Below, one piece after another: positions 1 to 10,591 of a stretch of DNA of 52,791 nucleotides. The stretch covers positions 1-52,791 of the forward strand of contig JAJRUP010000054.1 of assembly GCA_024277725.1 (NCBI GenBank). The letters are read 5' to 3'. Within the stretch, counting starts at the first letter, position 1. Each line of letters opens with the position of its first letter. This stretch comes from a bacterium (GTDB lineage Bacteria > CG2-30-53-67). The notes under the pieces were generated by a model that worked only from the letters and a program-made list of their open reading frames with translations, ran no database searches and was not told the DNA's origin. The position numbers and the translations under genes are program-made.

Positions 1-323
1 ACACTCGCAACGAAGGAATACTTCAGAGACTGTACAATCGCCCCTTTAACCCTCCCCGGGTCCCCTGCCCCGTTGTACAATGAGACATATTTGATTACAC
101 CGTTGTCCAGGCCCAGTCTTCCGATCAACCCCGCAACATTTATAACGGTTACCCCCAACACGAATGACCCGAAATATTGCACCCCCAATATCCTTGCAAT
201 CGTAACGGTATAAAGATACTGGATCCCGTTCCCCAGAACTTTCCCCAGCAAGATCGTTCCCGCCCCTTGGGCGACTTTGGAGAGTTCTTTTTCATGAATC
301 TCTGTTCGATTACGCTGTCCCAT
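1..323 (-). CDS. Polysaccharide flippase (Wzx / MOP superfamily), N-terminal part. The gene runs off the left edge.
   Basis: This gene is absent from the ORF track because it is truncated. Hand translation of the minus strand from the ATG at 323-321 gives MGQRNRTEIHEKELSKVAQGAGTILLGKVLGNGIQYLYTVTIARILGVQYFGSFVLGVTVINVAGLIGRLGLDNGVIKYVSLYNGAGDPGRVKGAI..., and the frame stays open to position 3. This is a typical flippase N-terminus, and the gene lies directly downstream of the Wzy-like gene. Confidence 0.7.
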   Translation of the reverse strand, partial: MGQRNRTEIHEKELSKVAQGAGTILLGKVLGNGIQYLYTVTIARILGVQYFGSFVLGVTVINVAGLIGRLGLDNGVIKYVSLYNGAGDPGRVKGAIVQSLKYSFVAS

Positions 324-478
324 GAAAACAACCTGAGATCTCAATGTGTATTGCCGGGAAGAACCCGCCGTGACAATACGAAGACGGAGGCAAAGCAATA
401 CGAAGCCCCCCAAGTATCTCACCAACGGAAAAGGCCGTCACACACCACAGTTTCAGCAACGGATGAGAGGTCCATGTA

Positions 479-1993
479 TCAAGCTGGAGAAAACTCCGAG
501 GACGTTTGCCTGCCGCGCTTCGGATCCTCCAATAAACGGCGAAAAGAGATGCCGATACCGAAATATACCCAGAGTTGAGCATAATTAACGGCTTCCCGGA
601 AGAGGCAATTCGTCAAACCGTCAAGCAGGTATGCAATCAGCCCCGTAAGGATCGCGAGCGCCAATCCGCGTATCAACGGGTCCCTGCATCTGAGGGATTT
701 CCAGCACCGCACCATCACACTGAATACAATGCCGAAAAATCCGATCACACCAAACAACCCGATTTCCGAAGCCAGGTACAGAAACATGTTGTGAACCGGC
801 AATGCACGATAAGTGCGGTCGACACCTTCGTACACGCGAATATCCGGATCATCCAGCGCCTCTAAATAGTTTGCAGCTCCGTATCCAAAGAAGAAATTTT
901 TTCTCCAGATGTCCAGCGCCGTTTTATTCATTTCGAAACGTTCGGAGAGCAGTTCCATCGGTGCTTCGAATATACGGGTATAAACATAGTGGTAACCTTG
1001 CGGGTAAACGAGACTCACGGTAAGAAACACAACAAAGGCAAGAACGGCGGCACTGTACAGCCGCCAGGAAAACACCATAACACCTATGGCAAAAACCGAC
1101 GCAATGGCAAAACTGAGCCAGCCCGACCTGGAAAAGGATACAATCAGCCCCCCCATGCCGATCACAAGAATAATAAAAAGTATGAATCGAATCTTTTTTT
1201 TCAGATAGGGAATCAGCATCAATACAAAAGGTATGGGAAGAATCATCGCGTAATATTCACCCAGTATATGCGGTTCCGCCGTGGTTCCTTCCGCCCGGAT
1301 CATATGTTCAATTCCCGGAACAATGTGCTGCGTCCCCAACGGCGACTCCTGGCTTGACCCCACCCGTCCCTTGGCCCTTCCGATACCCACGTTACCGGTG
1401 ACACGTTCATAATAGGCAATAGAACTTTCCAGGATGATGGCAAACAGAATAATCGTAATAATCCACTTGATGTGATGGCGCTGAATTTTATGGGCAATAA
1501 AAAAATAGATGAGCGCGTGCTTGACATTATGAATAATATCAAAAAACCCTAATATTTTATTGGGTGCTCCAAGCAAGGAAATCGCTTGGGAAAAGATCAG
1601 AAGGAAGATGAAATAATCGATCTTCTGCAATCTCGGCAGGGGTTCTTTCCGGGCAACAAAGATCTGACAAAACCACATGAAATAGGACAAAAGGATCAGT
1701 GCCTCTGCCAACCCGATGCTGATCCCCGGCATCACAGCCCAAGCCACATCCTGTTTGAAGAAGACTTTTCCAAACATCGAAAAAGGAATATTAAAGACAA
1801 ACGCATAGATCAGAATATCCGAAATAAAGAAGATTCCGATCATAACGAAGGAGAGAAACAAAAGCCCCCCTACAATCGCTATGAGATAACGCAATTCCAG
1901 GGCCATGAGCTTCCAAACCAGCAGGGCTATCAGCCCCCCCGAAAAGACAACAGGCAGGTATTTCATGGAAAAGGAGAAGCCGGGCTGCCTCAT
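479..1993 (-). CDS. O-antigen ligase / Wzy-like polymerase, a multi-pass membrane protein
   Basis: The protein is polytopic and hydrophobic. It has Wzy_C-type motifs: SFSRSGWLSF and LPVHNMFLYLASEIGLFGVIGF. I placed the start at the internal ATG (1993-1991), which forms an ATGA overlap with the stop of the upstream gene. The longer ORF-track start at 2224 would overlap that gene by 230 nt. Confidence 0.75.
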   Translation of the reverse strand: MRQPGFSFSMKYLPVVFSGGLIALLVWKLMALELRYLIAIVGGLLFLSFVMIGIFFISDILIYAFVFNIPFSMFGKVFFKQDVAWAVMPGISIGLAEALILLSYFMWFCQIFVARKEPLPRLQKIDYFIFLLIFSQAISLLGAPNKILGFFDIIHNVKHALIYFFIAHKIQRHHIKWIITIILFAIILESSIAYYERVTGNVGIGRAKGRVGSSQESPLGTQHIVPGIEHMIRAEGTTAEPHILGEYYAMILPIPFVLMLIPYLKKKIRFILFIILVIGMGGLIVSFSRSGWLSFAIASVFAIGVMVFSWRLYSAAVLAFVVFLTVSLVYPQGYHYVYTRIFEAPMELLSERFEMNKTALDIWRKNFFFGYGAANYLEALDDPDIRVYEGVDRTYRALPVHNMFLYLASEIGLFGVIGFFGIVFSVMVRCWKSLRCRDPLIRGLALAILTGLIAYLLDGLTNCLFREAVNYAQLWVYFGIGISFRRLLEDPKRGRQTSSEFSPA

Positions 1994-3039
1994 TTGTAAC
2001 CCACAGGTATCCCCGGAAGTTTCCTGACGGAAAATATAATTTGAGCATCCTTTCCGGAGCCGGTCCCCGGGAAAAATGCCGGCATCGTATAAAAATACCC
2101 TTTGGGTAAAGGAATTTTTCGCCGCCCCGTACCATCGGGCCGTATCGTGTAAAGCCCATTGGTATGAATCGGGGCCTTCCAATTCAGATGGAAATAGACC
2201 AATAGACGGCTGTCCGAAGACCACTCAGGCACCAGGTCTGCATCTTCCGCCACGAACGGCATGGACAAGTCCTTTTCCATACCGGTTTCCACATTCACAA
2301 CAACAATGTGCCATTCTTTTTTGCCGTATCGCCGCAACAGGGCGACTTTGGACTTGTCCGGCGATAATTTCGGATCATGGTCCCCCATCGATCTTGCTTC
2401 CCGTAATGTCAATTGCTTCACATGCGTTCCATCAGATTGCATTAAAAAAATCCTGTTTTGCCGAAACCTCCTTGTCTTCGCCGGGTACACCAGCAGGTTC
2501 CCCACCATGTGCGGATCCGTGGGATAATACTTTTCCGGAACAGGAAGCCTGCTAATTTTCCGTGTCGCAATATCAATCACAAGAATTTGAGGTTTCTTTT
2601 CAGGATTGTCCGTAGAAACATAAACGATCCCCTTGTTGTCAGGGGTCCAGTTTCCATTACCGTTGATTACCCCTTTTTTGGGAGGAACAAGCGTTTGCAG
2701 CTCCGACCCGTCAATACGGCACAACATGATCTCCGTATTTTCGTATCCTCCTTCTTCAACGGCAACCCCCTTTCTGTTCAATTTGTTATAACGGGTAAAG
2801 GTAATCCATTTATGGTCGTTCGATACCCGGGCATGGTTCATCTCGCGTTTCGGGTCTTTCAGGATAACCTTCAGTTTTCCACCGCTCAAAGAGGACGTGG
2901 CAATCCCGAAAAATTCCGGAACATTCTTCCTTTTTCCCGACATGGCTTCGGCCACCGCAGGGCAGATTCCCCATGACAAAAAGATCATCGCAACGACAAC
3001 CGCTACCACCCAATAAATCAATTTCATCTTTCGCATCAT
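1990..3039 (-). CDS. Periplasmic PD40 / TolB-like beta-propeller repeat protein
   Basis: There is an N-terminal signal peptide (MMRKMKLIYWVVAVVVAMIFLSWGICPAVAEA). Repeated WD40-like beta-propeller segments are present (SNDHKWITFT, PDNKGIVYVS, SDGTHVKQLT, SPDKSKVALL, SSDSRLLVYF). Confidence 0.65.
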   Translation of the reverse strand: MMRKMKLIYWVVAVVVAMIFLSWGICPAVAEAMSGKRKNVPEFFGIATSSLSGGKLKVILKDPKREMNHARVSNDHKWITFTRYNKLNRKGVAVEEGGYENTEIMLCRIDGSELQTLVPPKKGVINGNGNWTPDNKGIVYVSTDNPEKKPQILVIDIATRKISRLPVPEKYYPTDPHMVGNLLVYPAKTRRFRQNRIFLMQSDGTHVKQLTLREARSMGDHDPKLSPDKSKVALLRRYGKKEWHIVVVNVETGMEKDLSMPFVAEDADLVPEWSSDSRLLVYFHLNWKAPIHTNGLYTIRPDGTGRRKIPLPKGYFYTMPAFFPGTGSGKDAQIIFSVRKLPGIPVGYK

Positions 3040-3060
3040 ACCCTATTTGTAATTTTATAT

Positions 3061-4563
3061 TCAGGTTGTCACTTTGGTTATTTGATTATAATCCGCACTC
3101 GCTTCTTGAAAAGTACGACGGTTCTTCTCAATCTTCGGCAAATCAAAATACGCCACCTTGAAACCTTTCATCATCGCAGCCAAAAGCCCGGCCAACCCTC
3201 TGAAGATCGAATTCTTCTGAAGAACCCCCCGAAGAGAAGAATCCAGGAGCAGGGTGTATCTGGCAGCACCAATATTGGATAAACAAGGCAGGAAGATCGG
3301 TGTAATAATGATATCTTTTCTCTTGAATCCCGCAAAAAGATAAAATAATAACTGAGGAACCTGATTAAAAAGATAGCCGAACAAACGGTCTCTGGCAACG
3401 GCCCCTTCAGGATTTTTCTTGGCAGGAAGATCCTCCCACTCTGCTTCCGGGAAAAATTTCAAGACAGCTTTTTTGATTTCCTTTTGCCGGGAGGCACCCG
3501 GAAATTGATTGAGAAGCACCCTGCATTTTCTCGGAACCCTGCCGGACAAGCTCTCACAGAGATCTTCTATTCTTTTCAGCCCCATTTCTTCCGACCAGGA
3601 GGAAAAATCCTTTTTAGAGAAATCCCCGTTTAAAAAATCCTGAATCCCTTCCTGATAGGCCCTACCAAAGTTAGGCCGCATCGTCAAATTTTCGAAAGCG
3701 GCTTTGAGATATCCCCTCAAGATCAAGCTACGTAGACCTTTCAAGGATTGTTCGGGGTTGTAAAGAAAATTAAAGAGCAAGGCACTACGGGTACGATCAT
3801 GAAGAGCATAAGGGAAATTAAAATCAGGCTGTATGTTTGCCCAGTTTCGATGCCAGACCTTCGACTTGATCTGACAACATATACGGTATCCATGCTCTAC
3901 AGCTCGGGTACACCATTCGGTATCCCCCCAGTAAAGCCAGAACCGTCGATCCCAGATTCCAAGCTTCCTGTATAGATCTGTCCTCGTCAAAGATGAACAC
4001 GCGGGGATTACATCAACATCAAACAGCCCATCGTCTGTCTCTTGTTTCGGAACATGGTATGCAATATTCGATGTCTTCCAGTCAATCTGAAGTCCGGCAG
4101 TAACAATTTGACTTCTCATATGTATTTCATATACGGCCGAGCCGATGACAGCAATGCTCGGCTCCCTTTCGGCAGCACCGACCAAAGGCTTTAATGTATC
4201 TTCTTCAATCTCTGCATCACTATCCAACAACCAGATATACTTATATTCAGTCCCGCTTTTGAGTACCTCTTCAATCCCCGTGTTAAACCCTGCAGCGATT
4301 CCAAGGTTCTGACCAGTCACCATTAAACGCACTTCAGGAAAGTGTAACTTGACCCTTTCGACGGTATCATCAGAAGATGCTGCATCAACCAGAAAAATGT
4401 CTAAACAATCTTTAGGATAATCCAATTTACGAATTTGAGAAAGCAAACAAATTAACGGCTGACATCTGTTGCGCGTCACTGATACGATGGCGACGGATGG
4501 CCATTGAGACTGAAAAGTCGCTGTCGTTGAGTTCAATACTTGATCAGGATTAGAACGCTCCAT
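3061..4563 (-). CDS. Family 2 glycosyltransferase with a C-terminal extension of about 240 aa and unknown function
   Basis: The N-terminal GT2 signature is VAIVSVTRNRCQPLICLLSQI...LDIFLVDAASSDDT...WLLDSDAEI. The C-terminal half has no motif I recognise. Confidence 0.7.
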   Translation of the reverse strand: MERSNPDQVLNSTTATFQSQWPSVAIVSVTRNRCQPLICLLSQIRKLDYPKDCLDIFLVDAASSDDTVERVKLHFPEVRLMVTGQNLGIAAGFNTGIEEVLKSGTEYKYIWLLDSDAEIEEDTLKPLVGAAEREPSIAVIGSAVYEIHMRSQIVTAGLQIDWKTSNIAYHVPKQETDDGLFDVDVIPACSSLTRTDLYRKLGIWDRRFWLYWGDTEWCTRAVEHGYRICCQIKSKVWHRNWANIQPDFNFPYALHDRTRSALLFNFLYNPEQSLKGLRSLILRGYLKAAFENLTMRPNFGRAYQEGIQDFLNGDFSKKDFSSWSEEMGLKRIEDLCESLSGRVPRKCRVLLNQFPGASRQKEIKKAVLKFFPEAEWEDLPAKKNPEGAVARDRLFGYLFNQVPQLLFYLFAGFKRKDIIITPIFLPCLSNIGAARYTLLLDSSLRGVLQKNSIFRGLAGLLAAMMKGFKVAYFDLPKIEKNRRTFQEASADYNQITKVTT

Positions 4564-5491
4564 GCTGTGTAATCACTCTCCAAAAAGTCATCAGAATAAT
4601 CTTTATATCCAGTATCACTGATTTTTTCTGAACGTATTCAAGATCATAAGACACCGTATCTTGAAAAGATAAACGACCTCTACCATTAATTTGAGGCAAT
4701 CCTGTAACACCCGGTTTGACTGTAAATTTACGCATCTGGCCCGGACGATAATTCGGTAACATTTCCGGGATCTCCGGCCGAGGCCCCACCAATCGCATGT
4801 CTCCTATCAGAACATTCCAGAAATTGGGAAGCTCATCCAGTGTAGACATACGCAACCATTTCCCAATCTTTGTGATACGTGGATCCTCCTTAACTTTAAA
4901 GGCAACCTTCGACAGTTCCTCCTCGGAATAATTATAATCGTACCATTCCGGAAATCGCTCCTGCGCATCTACATACATGGTACGGAATTTCACAAACCTG
5001 AAGGTTTGAGGAATCCAATATTTTTTGGATGGAGAAAAATGCGGATCAATGATTGAGAATTGTTTATTCCCGATGAGATCCTTCCCTGAGACTAATTTGC
5101 TTTTCCCAAGACGTCTTTGAAAAAACAGAGCGGGTCCCGGTGAATCCAGTCTGATGAGAATAGCGACAATCACCATAACAGGGGAAGAAAGCACTAACGC
5201 AATGAAGGCAATCATGATCTCGATCATGCGATACAGGATTCTCGCCACAGTCTCACGAAAGGACAACGACCCTCCATAGCCTGCGTCCTCTGGTATGCAA
5301 TAAACCTTCTTCGTATTTTTTTGAGTTTGGTCGTTTGATTTCTTCTCTTTGATCAGAACATATGTTACCTGGATATTTCTGTCATTAAATTTTGTCTGAT
5401 GCTTGTACCCCGCAGGACAGAATCCCTCCTGCACATCAACAAACGCTTTGTATGTAGTTTTTAATGATTGGTTTTGGTTTTTCGAAATCAT
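4550..5491 (-). CDS. Initiating polyprenyl-phosphate sugar phosphotransferase (bacterial sugar transferase family, WbaP/EpsL-like)
   Basis: The protein has one TM helix followed by the hallmark C-terminal domain FKFRTM...DELPNFWNVLIGDMRLVGPRPE...PGVTGLPQING. Confidence 0.85.
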   Translation of the reverse strand: MISKNQNQSLKTTYKAFVDVQEGFCPAGYKHQTKFNDRNIQVTYVLIKEKKSNDQTQKNTKKVYCIPEDAGYGGSLSFRETVARILYRMIEIMIAFIALVLSSPVMVIVAILIRLDSPGPALFFQRRLGKSKLVSGKDLIGNKQFSIIDPHFSPSKKYWIPQTFRFVKFRTMYVDAQERFPEWYDYNYSEEELSKVAFKVKEDPRITKIGKWLRMSTLDELPNFWNVLIGDMRLVGPRPEIPEMLPNYRPGQMRKFTVKPGVTGLPQINGRGRLSFQDTVSYDLEYVQKKSVILDIKIILMTFWRVITQHGAF

Positions 5492-5492
5492 T

Positions 5493-6620
5493 TTACCACC
5501 CTGCTTCTAAAATGCTTTCATAGGATTTCACCACCTGTTCGGCGGTTCTTGCCCATGTGAATTCGCTTGCCCGCTGTAATCCTTTTTCAATTAAACTTTT
5601 CCGTAACTGATCGTTTGACAGACATTGGGAAATCCCTTCGGCAATACTCCCGGAATCGTATGGATCCACCATGTACGCTGCGTCACCGACCACTTCCGGA
5701 ACCGACGTAACATTCGAGGCGACCACAGGTGTGCCGCAAGCCATCGCTTCCAATGGAGGCAAACCAAACCCTTCCGAAAATGTCGGAAACACATAAACAT
5801 CCGCACCCGTGTAAAACATCGGCAACTCATGATAAGGACGCCGGTCAACGAAGACAATATCATCTGATAAATTTAGTTCATCCACCGTCTTGACGATTTC
5901 TTCGAAAAAATACCCTTTTTCCCCAAGCAGAACAAGCTTATGCTCTATCTTGGATTCCTGACGGAGAATATGATAGGCACGGATTAAACCTTCTACATTT
6001 TTTCTTTTTGTTAACGACCCAATAAAAAGAATATAAGGAAAATCTATACCGAACCCTGCCAGGAAAGTTTTCAGCACCTCCTTATCCTCAACAGGTCTGA
6101 CTTCCTCTCCCACAGCGGGCTGCGTAATGAAAATTCGATCCGGATCGATATGAAACTTCTCCATCAGTTTGTTTTTCAAGTATTCCGTATAACAGAAAAT
6201 GGCTGCAGCATTCTTGATTCCTTTATTGATAAGATATAATAGTCGGTATCGAATGAGAAAAGGATACAGTTCCGGTTGGGAGTATTGGCTCCAGCATGTG
6301 ATTGTGAACACATACTTACAAGGAACGATGGGTGGAGCAATAATTGTTGCATGTAAGAGATCAACAGGACGCTTCTTTAATTCCAGGGTTAATCCAAAAG
6401 GAATGGCCAACCATTTCCCTGAAGGTTTAATCGTACGAATTGAAATGTTTCCATCCGTATTGAACCGTAATCCGGCCGTACTTTGCTTCGTCACACCATA
6501 GACAGTATACTGATTATGATGATCATGTTCTGCGATGGCTTCAATCAATCTTTTATCAACGATGGCCGGCCCACCCGTTCTACCCAAAATACTGGAAAAA
6601 TAACCTATATGCATAAACAT
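5493..6620 (-). CDS. Family 4 (GT-B) glycosyltransferase
   Basis: The C-terminal Glycos_transf_1 motif is present: [27 protein letters not shown]. Confidence 0.85.
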   Translation of the reverse strand: MFMHIGYFSSILGRTGGPAIVDKRLIEAIAEHDHHNQYTVYGVTKQSTAGLRFNTDGNISIRTIKPSGKWLAIPFGLTLELKKRPVDLLHATIIAPPIVPCKYVFTITCWSQYSQPELYPFLIRYRLLYLINKGIKNAAAIFCYTEYLKNKLMEKFHIDPDRIFITQPAVGEEVRPVEDKEVLKTFLAGFGIDFPYILFIGSLTKRKNVEGLIRAYHILRQESKIEHKLVLLGEKGYFFEEIVKTVDELNLSDDIVFVDRRPYHELPMFYTGADVYVFPTFSEGFGLPPLEAMACGTPVVASNVTSVPEVVGDAAYMVDPYDSGSIAEGISQCLSNDQLRKSLIEKGLQRASEFTWARTAEQVVKSYESILEAGW

Positions 6621-7603
6621 GTTTCCTTTTGTTCTTCCCTACGTGCGTCTTTATATCCTTTTCTCAAGAAGTAATAAATGGTTCCACGAAAAGTGGCCTG
6701 GTTGGCGAAGACAGCCGCAAGTCGGTTTGCTTCTGCAAACTGAAGGATCGGAAGCCAGAAATAATTGACCGTCCATTTATTAAATACGCATAAACGAGGA
6801 ATTTCCCGGGGAATCATTTTCACAAAAGCCTTAACGCCTGCCTCAATTGAGCATATTTTGTATATGGGGAAAATAAATGATTTGGGTATATTTTCACTAA
6901 GCAGGTCAAAGTTGCGCCCTCTTTCGTACGCCCTCTTGCATGCGTTGACTAATGTTTCCACATGATAATGTGAAGTCAGCGCATCTTGATTATAAATAAT
7001 TCTCAGCCCTTTTTTCCCCAATCGATAACCGAGTTCAATGTCCTCATGAGCAGCACCTTTTCTCTCTTCGTACATTCCGTTCTCTAAAAGAAAAACTTTT
7101 TTTACCGAAATGTTGCATGCCAAAAAGAAAATGCTGTTTAATTCCTGTCCTTCCCGAAATCTATCATACCGAAAGGGATCCCAATATTTATGCATCACCG
7201 TGGACGGCAACTCCGATGACTGCACCACCTTTCCAAGTACGGCAACATTCTTGTCCGGATATTCGCCGTGAGTTTTCAGATGTTGTTCCAGGAGCATCGG
7301 AGAAGCCCAGATATCATCTGCAATCAACAGAATCAAGTCGCTATGCGCCTCCCGGATCCCCCGGTTTTGAGTATAACCCGGCCCTCGATTCGCATGCTCG
7401 AAATATCGCAAGGCATAGGGTGTGGAACCCATGAGGGATGCAACCATCTTATCCGTTCCGTCATTCGATCCGTCATCAACAACCAACACTTCAAACTTCG
7501 AGGGGGCAAGCGACTGTTCGCACAGTTTTTCCAATGTCACCTGCAAAACATCACAACGTTTGTAGGTTGCAATGACCACACTGATGAACGGCGGTTCCGA
7601 CAT
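6605..7603 (-). CDS. Family 2 glycosyltransferase
   Basis: The GT2 motifs are ISVVIATYKRCDVLQVTLEKL...VLVVDDGSNDGT...LLIADD. Confidence 0.85.
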   Translation of the reverse strand: MSEPPFISVVIATYKRCDVLQVTLEKLCEQSLAPSKFEVLVVDDGSNDGTDKMVASLMGSTPYALRYFEHANRGPGYTQNRGIREAHSDLILLIADDIWASPMLLEQHLKTHGEYPDKNVAVLGKVVQSSELPSTVMHKYWDPFRYDRFREGQELNSIFFLACNISVKKVFLLENGMYEERKGAAHEDIELGYRLGKKGLRIIYNQDALTSHYHVETLVNACKRAYERGRNFDLLSENIPKSFIFPIYKICSIEAGVKAFVKMIPREIPRLCVFNKWTVNYFWLPILQFAEANRLAAVFANQATFRGTIYYFLRKGYKDARREEQKETCLCI

Positions 7604-7605
7604 TC

Positions 7606-8928
7606 TTATTTCACTCCTCTCGCAACGAAATCAGAGGCTTCTTCCGCAACTTTTTTCCCATCCAGAATCGCATCGTCCATCCATTGATATTCCCAGTTCC
7701 CGTACCGGCCGGCTACGAGAACGGAGTTCTTGCGAAAAAAATTTTTGATCATTTTCAGGCTTTGCTCTCGATCATGGTCATAAATAACGTAACCATATTT
7801 CATGTCTCTTACATCCACCAGATCAATCCTGTCTTTTTGCAACAATATTTTAGCTTTCACCAGATCTTCCACAACCCGCTCTACAATTTGTTCTTTGTTT
7901 ACGCTTTGCCCTCCGGAGTAGGCAATCTCCGCGCTGATCGAGCTTTTCCCTCCGGGGGTCATGGAAGCGGCGAAGTTCTTCAGGAAGCTGATCCTGAAGA
8001 AAGAGTATTCTTTTTCGGGAAAATAGATCCAGTGGTTGGCGTTCAGGTTGTCTCTATCAATCCCAAGATTGACGCACAGGATTGAATTGTATCTGAGTCG
8101 CTCCGCTGCAGCAACGATCGGTTCCGGCACCCTTGACAATCGGACCAGTTCGGGCAGGGGGATTGTTGAAATCAAAACTTCATACGAACATGACGTCCCG
8201 TCTGAAAATGTTATTTTTTTCCTTTCCAGATCCACTTGAATCGCCGTTTTATTCAGGAAAACATTTACGCCTCCCCGGACAAATGATTCTGCAAGCTCAA
8301 AGATACCATTTACGGTTGGGTATCTGAATTTGATATTCGGGCCGAATCCTTTCGTCTGGCGGGTCAAGGCCCCCTCCACCACCTCTTCGAGGGTGGGCAT
8401 CGGGACCCTTACATCCAACCAGTCCGTCGTCATCTCCTTCGGGGACACGGTCCAGAATTTCTCGGCATAGGGAACCATGAAATGTTTCGCAATTCCCTTT
8501 CCGAAATGGGCATTGATCCAATCTTCATAGTTGTGATAAACATGGCTCTTGCTTCCATTTGATTTCTGGTAAGCATGGATAAATGACAGCAGACACTCCT
8601 TGACAATCGGGATCGGCAAACCGAAGGTATTGGCCTGAAAAGGATAGTGTGTCAATGTTTCATGAGAGTAAATCCATGCGGCTCGGTCCTGCATTATGAA
8701 ATCCACTTTCAGTTCATTTTGCAGCAGATTCAGGACATACTCATTCCGGGTATGCAGGACATGTATTCCCAAGTCGAAGGTATATCCGTCGATTTTGGGA
8801 GAGATGCATTTCCCTCCGGGGCCGTCACTTTTTTCGTAAACCGTTCCGCCTCCATGATAGGCAGCGCTTAAACCCGTCAGGCCGGCCCCCAGAATAATCG
8901 TCTCCGGTGTCTTACCTTGCATTGTCAA
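7606..8928 (-). CDS. FAD/NAD(P)-binding oxidoreductase of the amine-oxidase / UDP-galactopyranose-mutase-like fold
   Basis: The N-terminal dinucleotide-binding motif is IILGAGLTGLSAAYH...EKSDGPGGK...DLGIHVLH. Its position in a glycan operon suggests a sugar mutase or oxidase, but the function is not established. Confidence 0.55.
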   Translation of the reverse strand: MTMQGKTPETIILGAGLTGLSAAYHGGGTVYEKSDGPGGKCISPKIDGYTFDLGIHVLHTRNEYVLNLLQNELKVDFIMQDRAAWIYSHETLTHYPFQANTFGLPIPIVKECLLSFIHAYQKSNGSKSHVYHNYEDWINAHFGKGIAKHFMVPYAEKFWTVSPKEMTTDWLDVRVPMPTLEEVVEGALTRQTKGFGPNIKFRYPTVNGIFELAESFVRGGVNVFLNKTAIQVDLERKKITFSDGTSCSYEVLISTIPLPELVRLSRVPEPIVAAAERLRYNSILCVNLGIDRDNLNANHWIYFPEKEYSFFRISFLKNFAASMTPGGKSSISAEIAYSGGQSVNKEQIVERVVEDLVKAKILLQKDRIDLVDVRDMKYGYVIYDHDREQSLKMIKNFFRKNSVLVAGRYGNWEYQWMDDAILDGKKVAEEASDFVARGVK

Positions 8929-9137
8929 TAACCGATCTCCTTTAAGAGATAATAAACGACAATCGATATGAGCCCCCCCAGAAAAGCGATCAGGAGATAT
9001 CGTACCAGTGGCGGCAGATATCTTCGTTTCGTTCTTTTGGGATACAAAACACGGAGCTTCTCCTTCCCGGACTCATGCATCGGTGCATCGAAGTCCGGGT
9101 CTGTGTTCCACTTGATCGTAATTTTTTTCTTAGCCAT
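8925..9137 (-). CDS. Small single-pass membrane protein, function unknown
   Basis: The sequence is MAKKKITIKWNTDPDFDAPMHESGKEKLRVLYPKRTKRRYLPPLVRYLLIAFLGGLISIVVYYLLKEIGY. The ATG at 9137 lies just after the stop of the PCP gene, and the 3-prime end overlaps the next gene by 4 nt. The tight operon packing supports that it is expressed. Confidence 0.45.
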   Translation of the reverse strand: MAKKKITIKWNTDPDFDAPMHESGKEKLRVLYPKRTKRRYLPPLVRYLLIAFLGGLISIVVYYLLKEIGY

Positions 9138-10488
9138 GAGCCCGATTCTCCGTCTGGTTCTCCGTCGCATCATGCTGTTGACGACCTTTTATCCCCTGAG
9201 AAGAGAAAAAGATCCGAATATTAAAAAATGCAAACACATAAACAAGCCCCATAGAAAGCATCAATGCCAGACAGGCCGTCAATCCCACATGGTAGATCTT
9301 GATCGGTTGTACCGGTTTCACGGGAACCGTTGCAGGATGCAGAACCCGGGTATTGTTGCCTCCCGTCTCTACCTGGGTGAACACCTCCACATACAAATCT
9401 TTCAGATTTTCATATTCCCGGATCCCGGCGTTGATCTTCATGTCGAGTTCATCCAGCTTCTTCTGCAAAGAAGGCATCACCCCAAGTTTCGTCTCCAACT
9501 GTGTGATGGACGATTGAATGGACTCCATTTTTGCAATCAAACCATTGAGCTCAATCTGCTCAAAGAGTTTCTCCGATGTCATCTTCTTATAATCCTCCGG
9601 TTGCAGATAGGCTTTTCGGCTGATTTTACTATCGAGTTCGGAAATTTTCGCCCGTTTTTCCGCAATGTCGGCACCGACCCGGACACTCTCCTTTTGCAGA
9701 TCGTACAGATTCCGCACCCCTTCGTCCTTTTCCTCAGAGAGGGAAACTATGTCATATTGTTTTAACAATGCCTCCCGTGCCTCCTGGAGTCCTCTCATCT
9801 CCTCTTCTTTTTCAGCAAGCTTTTTTTGAAGAAGAAGGCGTTTTTCTTCCGCAGGATTCTTCTCCTGTTCTTTCAGCCACTCCACCAGAAGCTGTCCGGC
9901 CCGGTCCACAATCCGGGCCGCCCGATCGGGATACTTGTCTTTCACGGTCAAGACATAAATGTAGGAATCCTTTGTGGCCCGAATCGAGATATTTTCACGA
10001 AGCCCCCGGATCGCCTTCTCCGTCGGGTCCGCTTCAATCACCCGTCCATATTTCAGGATGGACCAGAACTTCGAAAGCAGATCCTTGATGTATTCCTTCG
10101 ATTCCCGATACCATCTTTTGTACCAGATCGATTCGTAAATCTCTTCTTTTTCGTCCAGATGGAGTTCCTTCACAATCGGTCGAAGAATCACTTCACTTTT
10201 CACAACATCCGAGAGGGTCTGGCTGATAATTTTAAAAGGAGGGCTTGGAGCGGGTGATCCAAAGGCTTCAACATTTTTCTCCCGCAGGAGACTCGACTGA
10301 TCGGCCTGGTAAAAAACCGTCGTTCCCGCCTCATACTTCTCGGAAAAGATATACGTCAATGCAACCGAGGAAAGAACGGCGGAAAGGGTAAAGACCAGCA
10401 CGAAGGCCTTCTGTTTTATCAGGATGTCGATATACTTCAGAAAATCAACCTGGAACAAATGATTTTCCGGGCTTTGGGTATCCGCCAT
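9130..10488 (-). CDS. Polysaccharide co-polymerase / chain-length determinant (Wzz/GumC-like) without a tyrosine-kinase domain
   Basis: The N-terminal Wzz motif and TM helix are FLKYIDILIKQKAFVLVFTLSAVLSSVALTYIFSEKYEA. A long coiled-coil periplasmic region follows, then a second TM helix near the C-terminus. There is no Walker A motif. Confidence 0.8.
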   Translation of the reverse strand: MADTQSPENHLFQVDFLKYIDILIKQKAFVLVFTLSAVLSSVALTYIFSEKYEAGTTVFYQADQSSLLREKNVEAFGSPAPSPPFKIISQTLSDVVKSEVILRPIVKELHLDEKEEIYESIWYKRWYRESKEYIKDLLSKFWSILKYGRVIEADPTEKAIRGLRENISIRATKDSYIYVLTVKDKYPDRAARIVDRAGQLLVEWLKEQEKNPAEEKRLLLQKKLAEKEEEMRGLQEAREALLKQYDIVSLSEEKDEGVRNLYDLQKESVRVGADIAEKRAKISELDSKISRKAYLQPEDYKKMTSEKLFEQIELNGLIAKMESIQSSITQLETKLGVMPSLQKKLDELDMKINAGIREYENLKDLYVEVFTQVETGGNNTRVLHPATVPVKPVQPIKIYHVGLTACLALMLSMGLVYVFAFFNIRIFFSSQGIKGRQQHDATENQTENRAHG

Positions 10489-10591
10489 AACGAACTCCTC
10501 TTACAAACGTTTCTCATAGAGTAACGTGCCGGAGCAGAATTGAACGGTTTTGAACCGGATTCATTGCAATCCCCGCCACATTCAAAGGTTC

